DNA of 61,966 nt, the filler included, from Nemertoderma westbladi (Eukaryota; Animalia; Xenacoelomorpha): NCBI GenBank assembly GCA_032718475.1. It is 4 parts of 4 records of this genome, joined end to end, with 100 filler letters (N's around TTAATTAATTAA, not from the genome) between each part and the next. Parts side by side here need not be neighbours in the genome. Positions count along the whole stretch, not along the records: positions 1 to 10,071 come from JAUCBJ010000851.1; positions 10,172 to 30,015 come from JAUCBJ010008142.1; 2 more parts are not named here. The stretch is one strand, 5' to 3'. The position numbers and the translations under genes are program-made. This document shows positions 1 through 10,949 of the stretch, in pieces (position 1 is the first letter of the stretch; each line of letters opens with the position of its first letter). The notes beneath the pieces are model-generated. The model had not been told where the DNA came from. It searched no databases and saw only the letters and a list, made by a program, of their open reading frames with translations.

Positions 1-54
1 TAGAACGTATGGCTGCTTACATATAATCTGCAAAATTTGAAAAATTATGTTTAT

Positions 55-1005
55 TTACTCTTGCACTTTTCATTTTAGCACCGAACATTGTAGGTGTATT
101 CAACTGCGGAATTTAAAAAGCCTTCCATTGAAATCAGCGCACCAGACAGCCAGAAAACCTGTATGTAATAGAAATAAACACCATTCCTACAAGTCTAGTT
201 GTTTTCACTAATTTGAAAAATGCTGTTTACTTGCACTTTTCATTTTAGCACCAAAAATGGTAGGTATGTTCAACCAGTCAACTGCGGAATTTGAAAAGCC
301 TTCCATTGAAATCGGCGTACCAGAACAGCAGGAAAAACTGTATGTAATAGAGAAAGAAACACCATTCGTACAATTCTAGTTGTTTTCACTAATTTGAAAA
401 ATGCTCGTTACTTGCACTTTTCATTTTAGCACCAAAAATGGTATGTCAGTAGATGTGTTCAACTGCGGAATTTAAAAAGCCTTCTATTGAAATCGGCGTA
501 CCAGAAAACCTGTATGTAATTGAAATAAATACCATTCCTACAATTCTTATTGTTTCAACTAATTTTAAAAATGCTGGTTACTTGCACTTTTCATTTTAGC
601 ACCAAAAACGGTAGGTCAGTAGGTGCGTTCAACTGCGGAATTTAAAAAGCCTTCCATTGAAATCGGCGTACCAGAAAACCTGTATGTAATTGAAATAAAT
701 ACCATTCCTACAATTCTTATTGTTTTCACTAATTTGAAAAATGCTGGTTACTTGCACTTTTCATTTTAGCACCAAAAATGGTAGGTGTGTTCAACTGCGG
801 AATTTAAAAAGCCTTCCATTGAAATCGGCGTACCAGAAAACCTATATGTAATTGAAATAAATACCATTCCTACAAGTCTAGTTGTTTTCATTAATTTGAA
901 AAATACTTGTTACTTGCACTTTTCATTTTAGCACCAAAAATGGTAGATGTGTTCAATTGCGGAATGTAAAAAGCCTTCTATTAAAATCAGCGTACAAGAA
1001 AACCT
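55..1005. repeat. Tandem repeat, ~170-180 bp unit, ~5.5 diverged copies
   Basis: cttgcactttttcattttagcacc...caactgcggaatttaaaaagccttccattgaaatcggcgtaccagaaaacctg recurs at ~60, 230, 411, 581, 751, 913. Confidence 0.9.
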
Positions 1006-1553
1006 GCCTGAAATCGATATCAATACCTAACTCTAATACCTTACCATTTTTTGAAATTAGATTTATGTGAAAATCGATAATGTCACAACCGTTACGAAAC
1101 TATATCACGACCGTTACGCTGGTTAATTGATTGCCACATTCTCTAATGATACTATATTGCCATACTGTTAATTTCATTTTAAACTCTATCTATTAACATG
1201 TTAGTCTGACATAAGTAACGCTAAATAAGTACAGTAAATTCGATAGAAATTTATAATGTGTACGAGTCTCTAAAAAGCTTGTCCATTTCAGTCACGACCG
1301 TTACGCCAACTTTAAACTGGAATACAATCAATAAAACGTAATGTATTCCAGTGCGGTTTCGATTTTATTAAAGGTCCATATCTTAGGATCATATCATAGT
1401 AATATCTTTTCAATATCATTCTTCCATGTGCCCTTAGAATACTCATTAATACCGGAAACCCATGCGGAATGTCACGACCGTTACGCTGGAATGGCTGTAG
1501 CTGTTAAATTTTTCTCAGCATTTCCGTTGTTATTAGGACATACTTTCGGATGT

Positions 1554-2415
1554 TCAGGTGCTTTCAAAGTGGATGGGATATCGTCTAATAGAACAAAGTC
1601 TAAAGTATAAACTCAAGCCAGCAAGCTGAGACTTATATTTGGATGACTCAAGATCAATCGCGGCATTAACGTACTCCTTAGCTTTCGTAAGTAGCGATGT
1701 CGTAGTACCAACATTACGTTTCACGACTGCAATGACTTCTTCCAACTGAGACCAACGTATTAGTTGGCTATTACGAGCCAGGCAATGCGAAAACCCCAAG
1801 CTGCAACCCAGCTGATCAACCGCCGATCGGCTGATACAAACATGTCCGAGGAAAGTTGACTCTTTGATGAAAGTGAAACCTGTCCAATATACTGTATACT
1901 TCGTTATGGAAAAAGAAGAGCAATACTTGGAACTGCGATAGTTTCACAAAAATGTCAGTACGCGACCGTATCCTGCAATTCCCTTTAGCCACGTAGAAAC
2001 AACAGGCAGGCAGGTTCAGTCAGCTGCAAAAAGCCCCCAATTAAATCTCACTCCATGCACTCATTGAGTAACTGAAGTTGGCGTTCCTCAATGGGAGGGA
2101 TGTCTCGTGGAGTGGGGGGTCGCGGCGGAACTCACGATAAGGGAAGTCCAGGGAAGTATAACGGAATATTGTTGGTCGCAAGGAACCGCCAGGGACTTTC
2201 TTGTGCGGAATTCCCTTGGAAAACTCTGGCCACTGTTGAGTACAAATGACGGCAGTGCTTCCATACTTAAACAGAGAGCCGTCATCTGCATTGCATCGTG
2301 GTAGCGCGGCGATCCACTGATCTCGTTCGGCATCGACAGGAGGAAGTTTCACTACACGAACGGGATTTCCTGCGTAATTGCCGTCGCAGCCAAATACGCA
2401 ACAATAATTAGGCAT
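1554..2415 (-). pseudogene. THAP-domain / P-element-like transposase N-terminal fragment, frameshifted and truncated
   Basis: MPNYCCVFGC...P...W...VICTQQW...PGGSLRPTIF fits the THAP C2CH layout with the His replaced; downstream frame ends ...LSLYFRLCSIRRYP, like the segment preceding the core of P-type transposases; no catalytic domain visible. Confidence 0.65.
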
Positions 2416-2580
2416 AATAATAATAAATAACTTGTTCTGTTGGTAGTTTAGCCTAATGTTGTAATACGGCACCTTAAATACCTACCTATCAGCCTATAGC
2501 AGTATAGTAATTGATTTAATTACTACCAAATGGTACCACCTAGGCCTACCTGTACCGGAACGGTCGCGGTACCGTACCGG

Positions 2581-2702
2581 TAGCATCATACGAGTACGGG
2601 CTACCACTGTACCAGGGTAGGGCCATACAGCCGTCCAGTTGAATGTACTGTAACTAGACTACAGGACTATCTGACTTTCTAACTGTACTATTCCCATATA
2701 CC
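2581..2702. repeat. 122-bp direct repeat, copy 1 (target-site duplication of the RTE insertion)
   Basis: Identical base-for-base to 5172-5293. Confidence 0.9.
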
Positions 2703-5171
2703 TACTACTAGGATCGGCATGCTGCATTGCAGCTGCATTTTAAGAATGCTGTGCCGGCTTGTCAACAAAATTGCACCGCCACAACTCCCTATCACCCATG
2801 ACATTTGCTAGATCATCCACATCTTTAAGGCCAGTGTCCTTTAAGATGCGTCTCAAGAAAGTCATGGGCTGTCCACCATGCTTATTCACTCCATGAGGCT
2901 GCCAAAGTACAAGATTATGCACTGGCTGGTCCTCACGGCGAAAGCAATGTCCTGCAAAGCGGAGGCGATTTTGTTCTAGTGTCAAGCTTGGGGGAACCAA
3001 TGAGACACCTCCAATGTTATATAGTGTCTGGTTGGAGATGTGTGCATTGTACTTGACACAATGTACCCGGCGTAGCATTCTTGTGAATGTGCCATCCAGA
3101 GATTTGGTGTCTTCAACAGTTAGAGCCCAGCATGGACTCCCGTAGAGGAGTACTGGAACTACTGCTGCTCTGAATAATCGGACCTTAAGTTTCCGATTAA
3201 TTCTAGGTGACTTCCAAATCCTGGAAAGCCTATTCAAGGCTGCCCATGCCTTTCCCTTACGTATTCGAAGGTCCTCACCTGACTTCCGGATCCATGATCC
3301 CAGGTAACAGAAGTCGTCCACATGCTCAAGCATACCATCCTTTGAGCTTATGCTCATCCGATCAGAGACTTGCTGAGGACTTTCAAAGTTAACTGTCAGA
3401 ATTTTGGTCTTTCTGGAGTTAATAAAAAGACCAACACTAGAAGCAGCATGTTCTAATGAGCTGAGGAGCCGCTGGGCTCCCTCTAATGATTCTGAGAGTA
3501 CTCCTAAGTCATCAGCAAAGTCTAGATCAGTTAGGTACTTGGCAGGATTTCCTCGACTTCTGGAGCCAGTAGGTGGAGTTATCATCACCCCATCATCATT
3601 ATGATGATCTAAGGACATGCGTAGAACATAGTCAACCACAATAATGAACAAGAATGGTGCAAGTGTGTCTCCTTGGAGGACGCCCCATAACACTTCAAAT
3701 GGTTCTGTGTCACCATCAACAGTAGACACAAATGTTGTCGAACCATCGTATACTGATCTGATTGCTGCAATAATTTCATCAGGAATCCCATATAATGAAA
3801 GTATGCTGAACATACGTGAGCGAGAGACTGAATCAAAGGCCTTGAAGAAGTCAACAAAGATAACAGCCAGATGCCTGTCTTTCTTTTTTGATAACTCTTC
3901 AATTATCCTTCTAAGTGCCAAAATGGGCTCCATGGTCCCACGACCTTTACGGAACCCATTCTGATTTCCACGTAGCAGTCTCTCAATGGGATCCCTGATG
4001 CGATTTAATAGAATTCTATTGTATAGTTTTGCAGCAATCGAGATCAATGAGATTCCCCGAAAAGAACCATAGAGTGTTAGGTTGCCCTTCTTGGGAACTG
4101 GCACCAACTTATTTGTTTTCATTTCTTGTGGGACTCTTGTTGTACGGTACATGTCTACTATGATGGGATAGATGAGCTTTAAACACTCAGGTATTTTAAA
4201 GACCTCAGGGGGAACACCATCTACTCCACTGGCACGATTGGTCTTAATGCTCTTTGCAGCAGCCTTCACTTCTGCAAAGGAGATATCGCCAATGGGAATA
4301 TCTGGGAGTACAGACTCAGACACTTTTACTTCTATAAAGTTATCAGGCAATACCCTGTCATTATTGAGGAGCTTTTCAAAGTGGGCTTTCCAACCATTGA
4401 GGCGATCGGCTGGTGATTCAGCCTTAACCTTGGTGGTTGGTTGGCTTTTCCGCCCAGTAAGCAGATTGATCGATTTCCATGCCTGGGATGATTGCCTGCT
4501 GTCGTCAGCATCATTGATGGCATCAACCTGTTGGTTTATTAGCTCCTGTAGATTAACAGAGTACTGCCTGTTCAGGGACCTAGATGCAGCTTTAACTGCA
4601 TTCTTGGCAGCTGTAGTCTGTTTGAGTCGGGACTCTTTCTGCGCCTTATGAAGGTCATTTCGGCACTTCTGAATTTTGTTGTCAGTCCAGGGGGCCCTTT
4701 TCCTGTTTCGAGGGTATACAGGAACTGTTTCTGCAGCTGCTAACTTAACTGCTTCTGTAAAGGCAGTATAGCCCTCACAGTGATCTGCCGCCTCAGAGGC
4801 AAGAGCCTCATACCTGTTGCTCAGCTGTAGTGTGAAGCTGGATCTCACACTTGGCTGTTGCAACAGAGAGGACCAGTCATGCCGTGGCAAGGCAGATTTC
4901 GTTGTTCTGCTAGCACGCAGACTAAGTCTTGCCTTGGCCACAATAAGGCGGTGATCACTGGAGAAGGGTCGAAGTGTAAATGCATTACAGTCTTGTATAG
5001 AGCTCCTGTATTTCCTACGAAACAGAATATGGTCTATCTGGGACTTGTGACCACTGGGTCCACTATGAGTCCATAGCTTTCCAGTTCGCTTCTTGAACTG
5101 GGTTCCAGCCGAAAACAATCCATTTCCAGAGATAAAATCCTGAAGATGGACAGAATTTCGGTTAACACTAT
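2703..5171 (-). mobile_element. 5'-truncated RTE-clade non-LTR retrotransposon (end of APE endonuclease + RT), uninterrupted frame
   Basis: ORF 2740-5217: SQIDHIL and SDHRL (APE C-terminus); QNGFRKGRGT, FVDFFKAFDSV, GVLQGDTLAPFLF, LDFADD, FCYLGS (RT); RLRFAGHCFR tail; short 3' UTR ending in tagtagta. Confidence 0.95.
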
Positions 5172-5293
5172 TAGCATCATACGAGTACGGGCTACCACTG
5201 TACCAGGGTAGGGCCATACAGCCGTCCAGTTGAATGTACTGTAACTAGACTACAGGACTATCTGACTTTCTAACTGTACTATTCCCATATACC
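5172..5293. repeat. 122-bp direct repeat, copy 2 (TSD); supplies the ATG of the 825-aa ORF
   Basis: Identical to 2581-2702; ORF start codon at 5217-5215 lies inside it. Confidence 0.9.
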
Positions 5294-5619
5294 AGAGGTA
5301 GCGGTAGGACTATAATACAGCTATAAGGCTATAACTATTCATTCTACGGTAGTACAGTAGTAGGCTATTCAGGTAGTACAGCTTACAGCAGTATGAATTA
5401 ATGGACTTCGCTAGCGAAGTCGGATCAGGCAGTGTGCCAGTCCTGTAGTATAGTAGTCCTTGGTACAGCCTGACAGTACCGGTACACATGGTACATGCAG
5501 ACAGCCCTATTGCAAAATTTGTCAGAAAACCAGCTGATTTATCCTACAGTAATAATAATTTAACGCATTTTAAATTTGGATAAAGAAATTTATTATAACT
5601 GCAATAACAGTTACACTGA

Positions 5620-5846
5620 TGCTGCACGAAGGCCCCACGCAAATTCTACTTGGAAAATTTTCAAACTTTTGCCAAACAACATGTGTACCAAGTTTGGATA
5701 GATTTCATCAAGGATTGGCCGAGTTATTAACGTTTAAAATAAAATACTGAAAAAAAACGCGACAGAACGACAGAACGACAGGTTGATTAATGGTACCCCT
5801 ACGCTAAGGCTCACTCACTTCGTGGCTCGCCCCACAGAAGCTCAGC
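5620..5846 (-). mobile_element. Non-autonomous dispersed repeat, HINE/DINE-1 (Helentron)-like
   Basis: Reverse-complement homologous to 15316-15535 (ctgtggggcgagc.acgaa...ggtacca...ttttaaacgttaataactc...ccaaacttggtacacatg...aattttccaagt); ctgt-type microrepeat; perfect 18-bp palindrome at 5404-5421 nearby. Confidence 0.5.
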
Positions 5847-5872
5847 TAAGGTACAACCTTATAAGTTTAAGA

Positions 5873-5965
5873 CGCCTCTGCTATTGTTTTCGCCGTAAGG
5901 GTCAATTTGGACTTGCTTTGTCAGCCTCATGGAGAGAATAAGCATGGTGGAGAGCCCATGACTTT
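5873..5965 (+). mobile_element. Small degenerate fragment of the same RTE family (3' end of ORF)
   Basis: cagcctcatggagagaataagcatggtggagagcccatgacttt (QPHGENKHGGEPMT) vs QPHGVNKHGGQPMT in the 2703-5171 copy. Confidence 0.75.
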
Positions 5966-6039
5966 ATTAAAGTGCTTCTTAACGTTCTATTTTTACACCA
6001 ACTCAACTCGCAGCAATTTTACGGTTTCTTCTATACCAC

Positions 6040-7990
6040 AACTTTTTCTTTTACCAGAATATGTACTACCTGCAAATCGCAGGAGCACCTATGGGCGGTC
6101 ACCACAGTAGTGATTATTCTATTATCAGTTCGTACAAAGTACTCAAGAGGGCGATAACTATTTCGCTACGGACTCCTTCATTCTTTCGTACTCTGGTGGA
6201 TGATAGTTTCGCAATTTACGATGAGCGACTAACTGATCAGCATTTCGAGTTCATGAAGACCGCATTCAATTCAGCTTGTAGGAATCTATATAATAGTGAT
6301 GCCATCCAATTTACAATGGAGTACTCCCATGCTAGTGTCGACTACCTCGATCTAACGATAGCTGCTAATGCCTACACCCTTAGAACTCGTTTATTTAGAA
6401 AACCAATGGCTAATAAACTACCTATTATGTACTCTAGTTTCCACCATAAACCTACGTTACGGGCAGTGGTGAAATCTGAAATTTTGCGTATTCGCCGTTT
6501 AACTGACTCAAACCATTAGTTCACATGTTATAAACACCAGTACCTCAAGTTGTGTGAGAATCGAAGCTATCCGCTGGATTTCCTCCTCTCCCTCCATGCA
6601 TCAAACCCAACACCTCTTGGTCCAGTGCCGATCACGCAGCAGCCGTCTTTACCAACAGAGGGGGATGGTCCATCAGCACCCCAAAATTTGAATAAGACTA
6701 CATCGAATGGGCCAAAATACACCTCTATATATCTCCCTACGACCCCACAGTTCCTGCCTGTCCTAGCGCCCGTTATCCGCAAATATAATGCTGACTTGCG
6801 TTCGCTAGGTATTAGTGTCCAAACGGTCCCGCGTATCCTCCCATCGTTAGATAAACTGTTGATCACCAAGTCCGAGCCAACTCTGTCTCTTGGTAATCAC
6901 TCTTGCAATGGGCCTCGTTGCAAATGCTGCTCGGCCGTTCTAGACCAGCGCCGGACACCATGGGGTGACCCCATCCATGGGAGATTTAACTGCAAATCAT
7001 TCAATGTGATTTATTTTATTAAATGTAAACTGCATCCACACTTGTGGTATCTCGGCCAGACAGAACAGCGTTTACATGAGCCCCTTCGAGGTAACCGTAG
7101 TGCCATAAATGACGCACCTGGCCAGGGGCTAGGAGTCGATTTATCGAGTCCTGAAGTCTTTCTACTGCAGCACTTTGCTATTTGTGGGATCGGTGCGCTC
7201 AATATTACATGTTCTAAAAGGTTTACTAACCACGAGCGTCGGATTCATTCTGAAGCGGTTCTAATTAACTTGCATCAGTTTGGTTTATTTATATCTTATT
7301 GTTTTGCTAACTATGTGGCTCGCCCCACATGCCCGCCTTAATGATAATTTCACCTCCAGTCATACAGCTGCTATTTGCTTTTTGAATAGCTGGCCCCTCT
7401 GGATATTTACCCTATGGCGTAGTTAGTATTACTCAATCATTCTGTTAGTTTTATTTAATTAATTTTAAAGATTTTATTACTGCTTTTATTTCTGAGGTTT
7501 TTTTTTATATGTTTTCATACACATTTCATTCGTATACACTATATCACTGTTGTTTTATTATTTTATCAGCCTTTATTTGTTTTTATAGATATTCTACTTA
7601 ATAGCAGGATAGTGTACACCATTGGTTTAGTTTTTATTTACTATTAATTTTTTAAAAGTTTTTAACATTTATTTTAAATTTTGATTTGAGTTAGTTTTGG
7701 TGCATTATGAATTTCCGATATAATTTCAAACCATGCTCAACTTCTTCTACCGGTCTGCCATTTTACACAGCTAATATCTTTATTAAAATAGTCGTAGCTA
7801 CTGTACACTATACAGTACCATAACGGTATCGGTATTGTATATATCTTTGTAGGTTTTGAATTGGTTGTTTTAGTTAAATTATATTAATATTGTGTTTAAA
7901 ATAATATACCACTGAAGACGCGCGGGAAGCGTGAAATAGCTATATGGTAAACTAACAATATTTTATATTAGCCGTGGCTCAAGACCCTTA
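6040..7990 (+). mobile_element. Penelope-like retroelement, 5'-truncated (RT - Cys linker - GIY-YIG endonuclease), one in-frame stop at 6517-6519
   Basis: YLQIAGAPMG, LVDDSF, FTMEYSHASVDYLDLTI, RKP...SFH (PLE RT); CNGPRCKCC linker; NVIYFIKC...YLGQT (GIY-YIG); hammerhead motif in the 3' region. Confidence 0.9.
7907..7949 (+). ncRNA. Minimal type I hammerhead ribozyme
   Basis: UACCA-CUGAAGA-C-GCGC(GGGAA)GCGU-GAA-AUAGCUAU-A-UGGUA: helix I UACCA/UGGUA, intact core, 4-bp helix II, palindromic helix III, AUA cleavage triplet ending at 7944. Confidence 0.8.
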
Positions 7991-8094
7991 CTCGTCATTA
8001 ATATTTATAATTTGAGTATGCTTACGCCACGAAAGGCATCGTTCCATTACATTAACTCGCTTGACATTATTATGTTATGGAAAGTAGGTAAATT

Positions 8095-8286
8095 TATCGT
8101 TTGAAATTAAACAAGGGAGAAAGGAAGGGGGTTACACTAACTCCCACTTTCTTTACTACTCCAGCGGAAGATTTGTTCCCATATTTCTGATTTGGCGGAC
8201 CAATTACGAAATTGTAACAGTCCTGTAACGGAATCGAATCCGGGACCTGCGAGTTACAAGCTAAGCGAGTGACCACACCACCAGCG
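8095..8286 (-). mobile_element. tRNA-derived SINE-like element
   Basis: Minus strand gctggtggtgtggtcactcgcttagcttgtaactcgcaggtcccggattcgattccg has degenerate A/B boxes but no complete cloverleaf. Confidence 0.5.
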
Positions 8287-9417
8287 AGTTTTCTTTTGTT
8301 TATATGTTATGTGTCTCGTTCCTACGGTGGTATAAATACTGTTAAATACTTTCATGTTAAACACTGCTAAATACGTTTTTGTTAAAGTTAAAACTTAAAT
8401 ACTTCTAAATACGCATTAGTAAAGGCAGTGATTTTTTTATGTCCGTTCATTTTACTTTTTATGTCCTTAATTTTCTACGAATTTTTGATAATTTATTTGT
8501 TATCCGCAGAATGTTTTTTTTTATGTATGCATTTCTTCAATCAAACTGCCTGACTAATGATTTCTGGACTGTCAGACAGTTTATTTCGCCTCTAGACTAT
8601 GAGGTAGATTTCCCCACACCGTGTAAAAACTATTTTATTCTTAAATTGTTACTTTTTCGCTACAAATTAGACCAAAATCGGGAGAAAAAGTTGCAATTTT
8701 TCCCAAGGAAAAAAAGTAATGCATAGAATTGCATTGATTTTACAACTTTTTATCCTTTCTTAAATTTTATTAAATGTGTATATAGAGCATTGACGTAGAA
8801 AAGGTTTGCACGTATAATTTGAGCAAAATCCATTCACACACTCAAAAGTTATTGCAACTTTACTGTCTGCAAGGCGAACTCCAAAACGGAACTCAATATC
8901 CAATATACTGTAGTATAATACTATAGTTCAATTTATTTTGTACCCCTATATCTCTGTACGTTTTATTTAAGAATTAAGCAACAAAAAAGTACCAATTTAA
9001 GAATAAAATTACGTATTACATGGGAAAAAAACTTAGAACATTTTTTTTCAGTATTCGACCCTTTATATATTTACAATACAAAGTACTAAATAAGAAAGCA
9101 AGGGGGGGGGGTGTTAAAATTGTTAAAATGTGTTAAAATGCAGAGAATGCAGTTAAAATTCAGAATTGTGTGCAATATACTGTACATTAACACTCAGTTG
9201 CAATGCTTATTCGTGCTCTGATTATATTATAAATAGAGAGTCAAGACGTCAAAAATTTGATAAAACAACTATCACCTTGTCAGGAATACCCCATTCCAGA
9301 AAAAGACAAAAAATTTAAATTGCCAAACAAATAAATTCTTATAGCCTCAGCCCTTGTTCAGTCTATTTGGTTGCTCACGTCAAATTAGTTCGCAACTCAG
9401 AGCATTCCGTAACTTTT

Positions 9418-9733
9418 TCAGGAGTTATATCCCTGAATGGCTCTTTCTTTCGCGAGAATCTCCACTACCCAGTTCGGACCTCTCTCTTTCTCGATATCAT
9501 CGGTGCGTCGCTTAAGATATTCTACAGCTTCGTCGTATCCCATTGGTTCGATAGCTCGACGCATTCGAGCTGCCGCGGTATCCATGCAGACTGATGCCGC
9601 GCAAAAGGCAACCGCCTTGGTGACACCACCGGCGCAAAAACCAAATAATGGACCGCAGAGGAAGCTAAATGTAATGCCTATACCGAGACCGGCACCAACG
9701 CAGGCAGCTACATCCCGACCGCAGTTATCGCAT
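9418..9733 (-). CDS. Terminal exon of an unknown Cys-rich peptide precursor (104 codons + stop)
   Basis: Acceptor ttttataaatttcacag|A then CDNCGRDVAACVGAGLGIGITFSFLCGPLFGFCAGGVTKAVAFCAASVCMDTAAARMRRAIEPMGYDEAVEYLKRRTDDIEKERGPNWVVEILAKERAIQGYNS*; GC-richer island in AT-rich flanks; open antisense frame 9437-9739. Confidence 0.7.
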
Positions 9734-10071
9734 CTGTGAAATTTATAAAAATATTATTAACCTGTAAAAATACCTACCCCGAACCCAAACAATCAAAATA
9801 AAATAATTTACACAAGAAAATAACAGACCAAAAGACCGACAAATAAACAAATTCAGTACAAAATGTATAATTATTACAAAAACTAACATCTGAATTATTT
9901 TACAAAGACAAACTAGATTGTCAATACTGAAATTAGCAGACAGGGGGGTGAGAGAGGGGGGGGGGGGGGGGGGGGACTTCCAACGCAATCAAACTTTATC
10001 CCTCTTCTGGTAAAAATTGCCAAAAAAATAGCTAATCACTCAAAAATGTATATTTAATTTCTTCGTTTATT

Positions 10072-10171
10072 NNNNNNNNNNNNNNNNNNNNNNNNNNNNN
10101 NNNNNNNNNNNNNNNTTAATTAATTAANNNNNNNNNNNNNNNNNNNNNNNNNNNNNNNNNNNNNNNNNNNN
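10072..10171. other. Assembly gap with artificial TTAATTAATTAA linker
   Basis: N44-TTAATTAATTAA-N44, identical to the other two gaps. Confidence 0.97.
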
Positions 10172-10949
10172 ATAACCTGATTTTGTGATACAGTCGCACA
10201 ATTTTAATTTGTATCTCATAACTGGGCCTCGTGCTGCGCGAAGGCCCCACGAACGTGTTCTACCCTGCACGAATGTAAAAATCTTACATTGTATTTGATC
10301 AATAGTATTCAAGTAGATCTTGATAATATGTAAATTTAATATTCAGCAGAATTAAAACCCGTTATCGTTGTAGACTGTTTCTTCTCCCTGCAGATCATTA
10401 TTGTTTGTTGATCCACCCGCTTTTAAATCTAATTAAATCTTATTTTTGAAATTTATAATGGTTTCTATATAGTAGGCTAAGGCCTATGATTTCTGTGCAT
10501 TATATCAAAAGTATTTATAAAAAATTAAAAGTTAAATACGTACATTTGGGTTTAATTTATATTCATAAATGACATCACTGTCATAAGGGGGGCGGGGTGT
10601 GGGGGGGGGGGTGGTTGTATCCTCTGACATATTCTCATAACTGAGCCTCGTGCTGCGCGAAGGACCCACAAATGTTTTTCAACTGTAACCGGGTATCTTT
10701 TACATGATATTATAACACTGTTTTTAAACAATATAAGCAATAATTCCGTTTAAAATAACAGTTATTTATATGACAAATTATTAAAATTACGAACAAACAA
10801 TCACGAAAACTGACCGATATTACAAAGAAAAATATTTATTGATGATTTAAAAATTATAATCTAATCATGTATATAAGTGTAGAGGTACAGTATGTTCTAA
10901 CAGTTGCATTATCTAAACAGTTATATTGTCTAAACTAACAGTAATACAG

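Noticed and set aside
8220-8286. tRNA gene (GTA anticodon-like loop)
   Set aside because: No proper acceptor stem or D arm; better explained as a SINE head.
9437-9739. 100-aa + strand ORF
   Set aside because: Antisense shadow of the minus-strand exon, which has the splice acceptor and a coherent domain layout.
10116-10127. TTAATTAATTAA as a biological motif (also 30060, 47352)
   Set aside because: Identical, centred in 100-bp N gaps, stops in all frames: an assembly linker.
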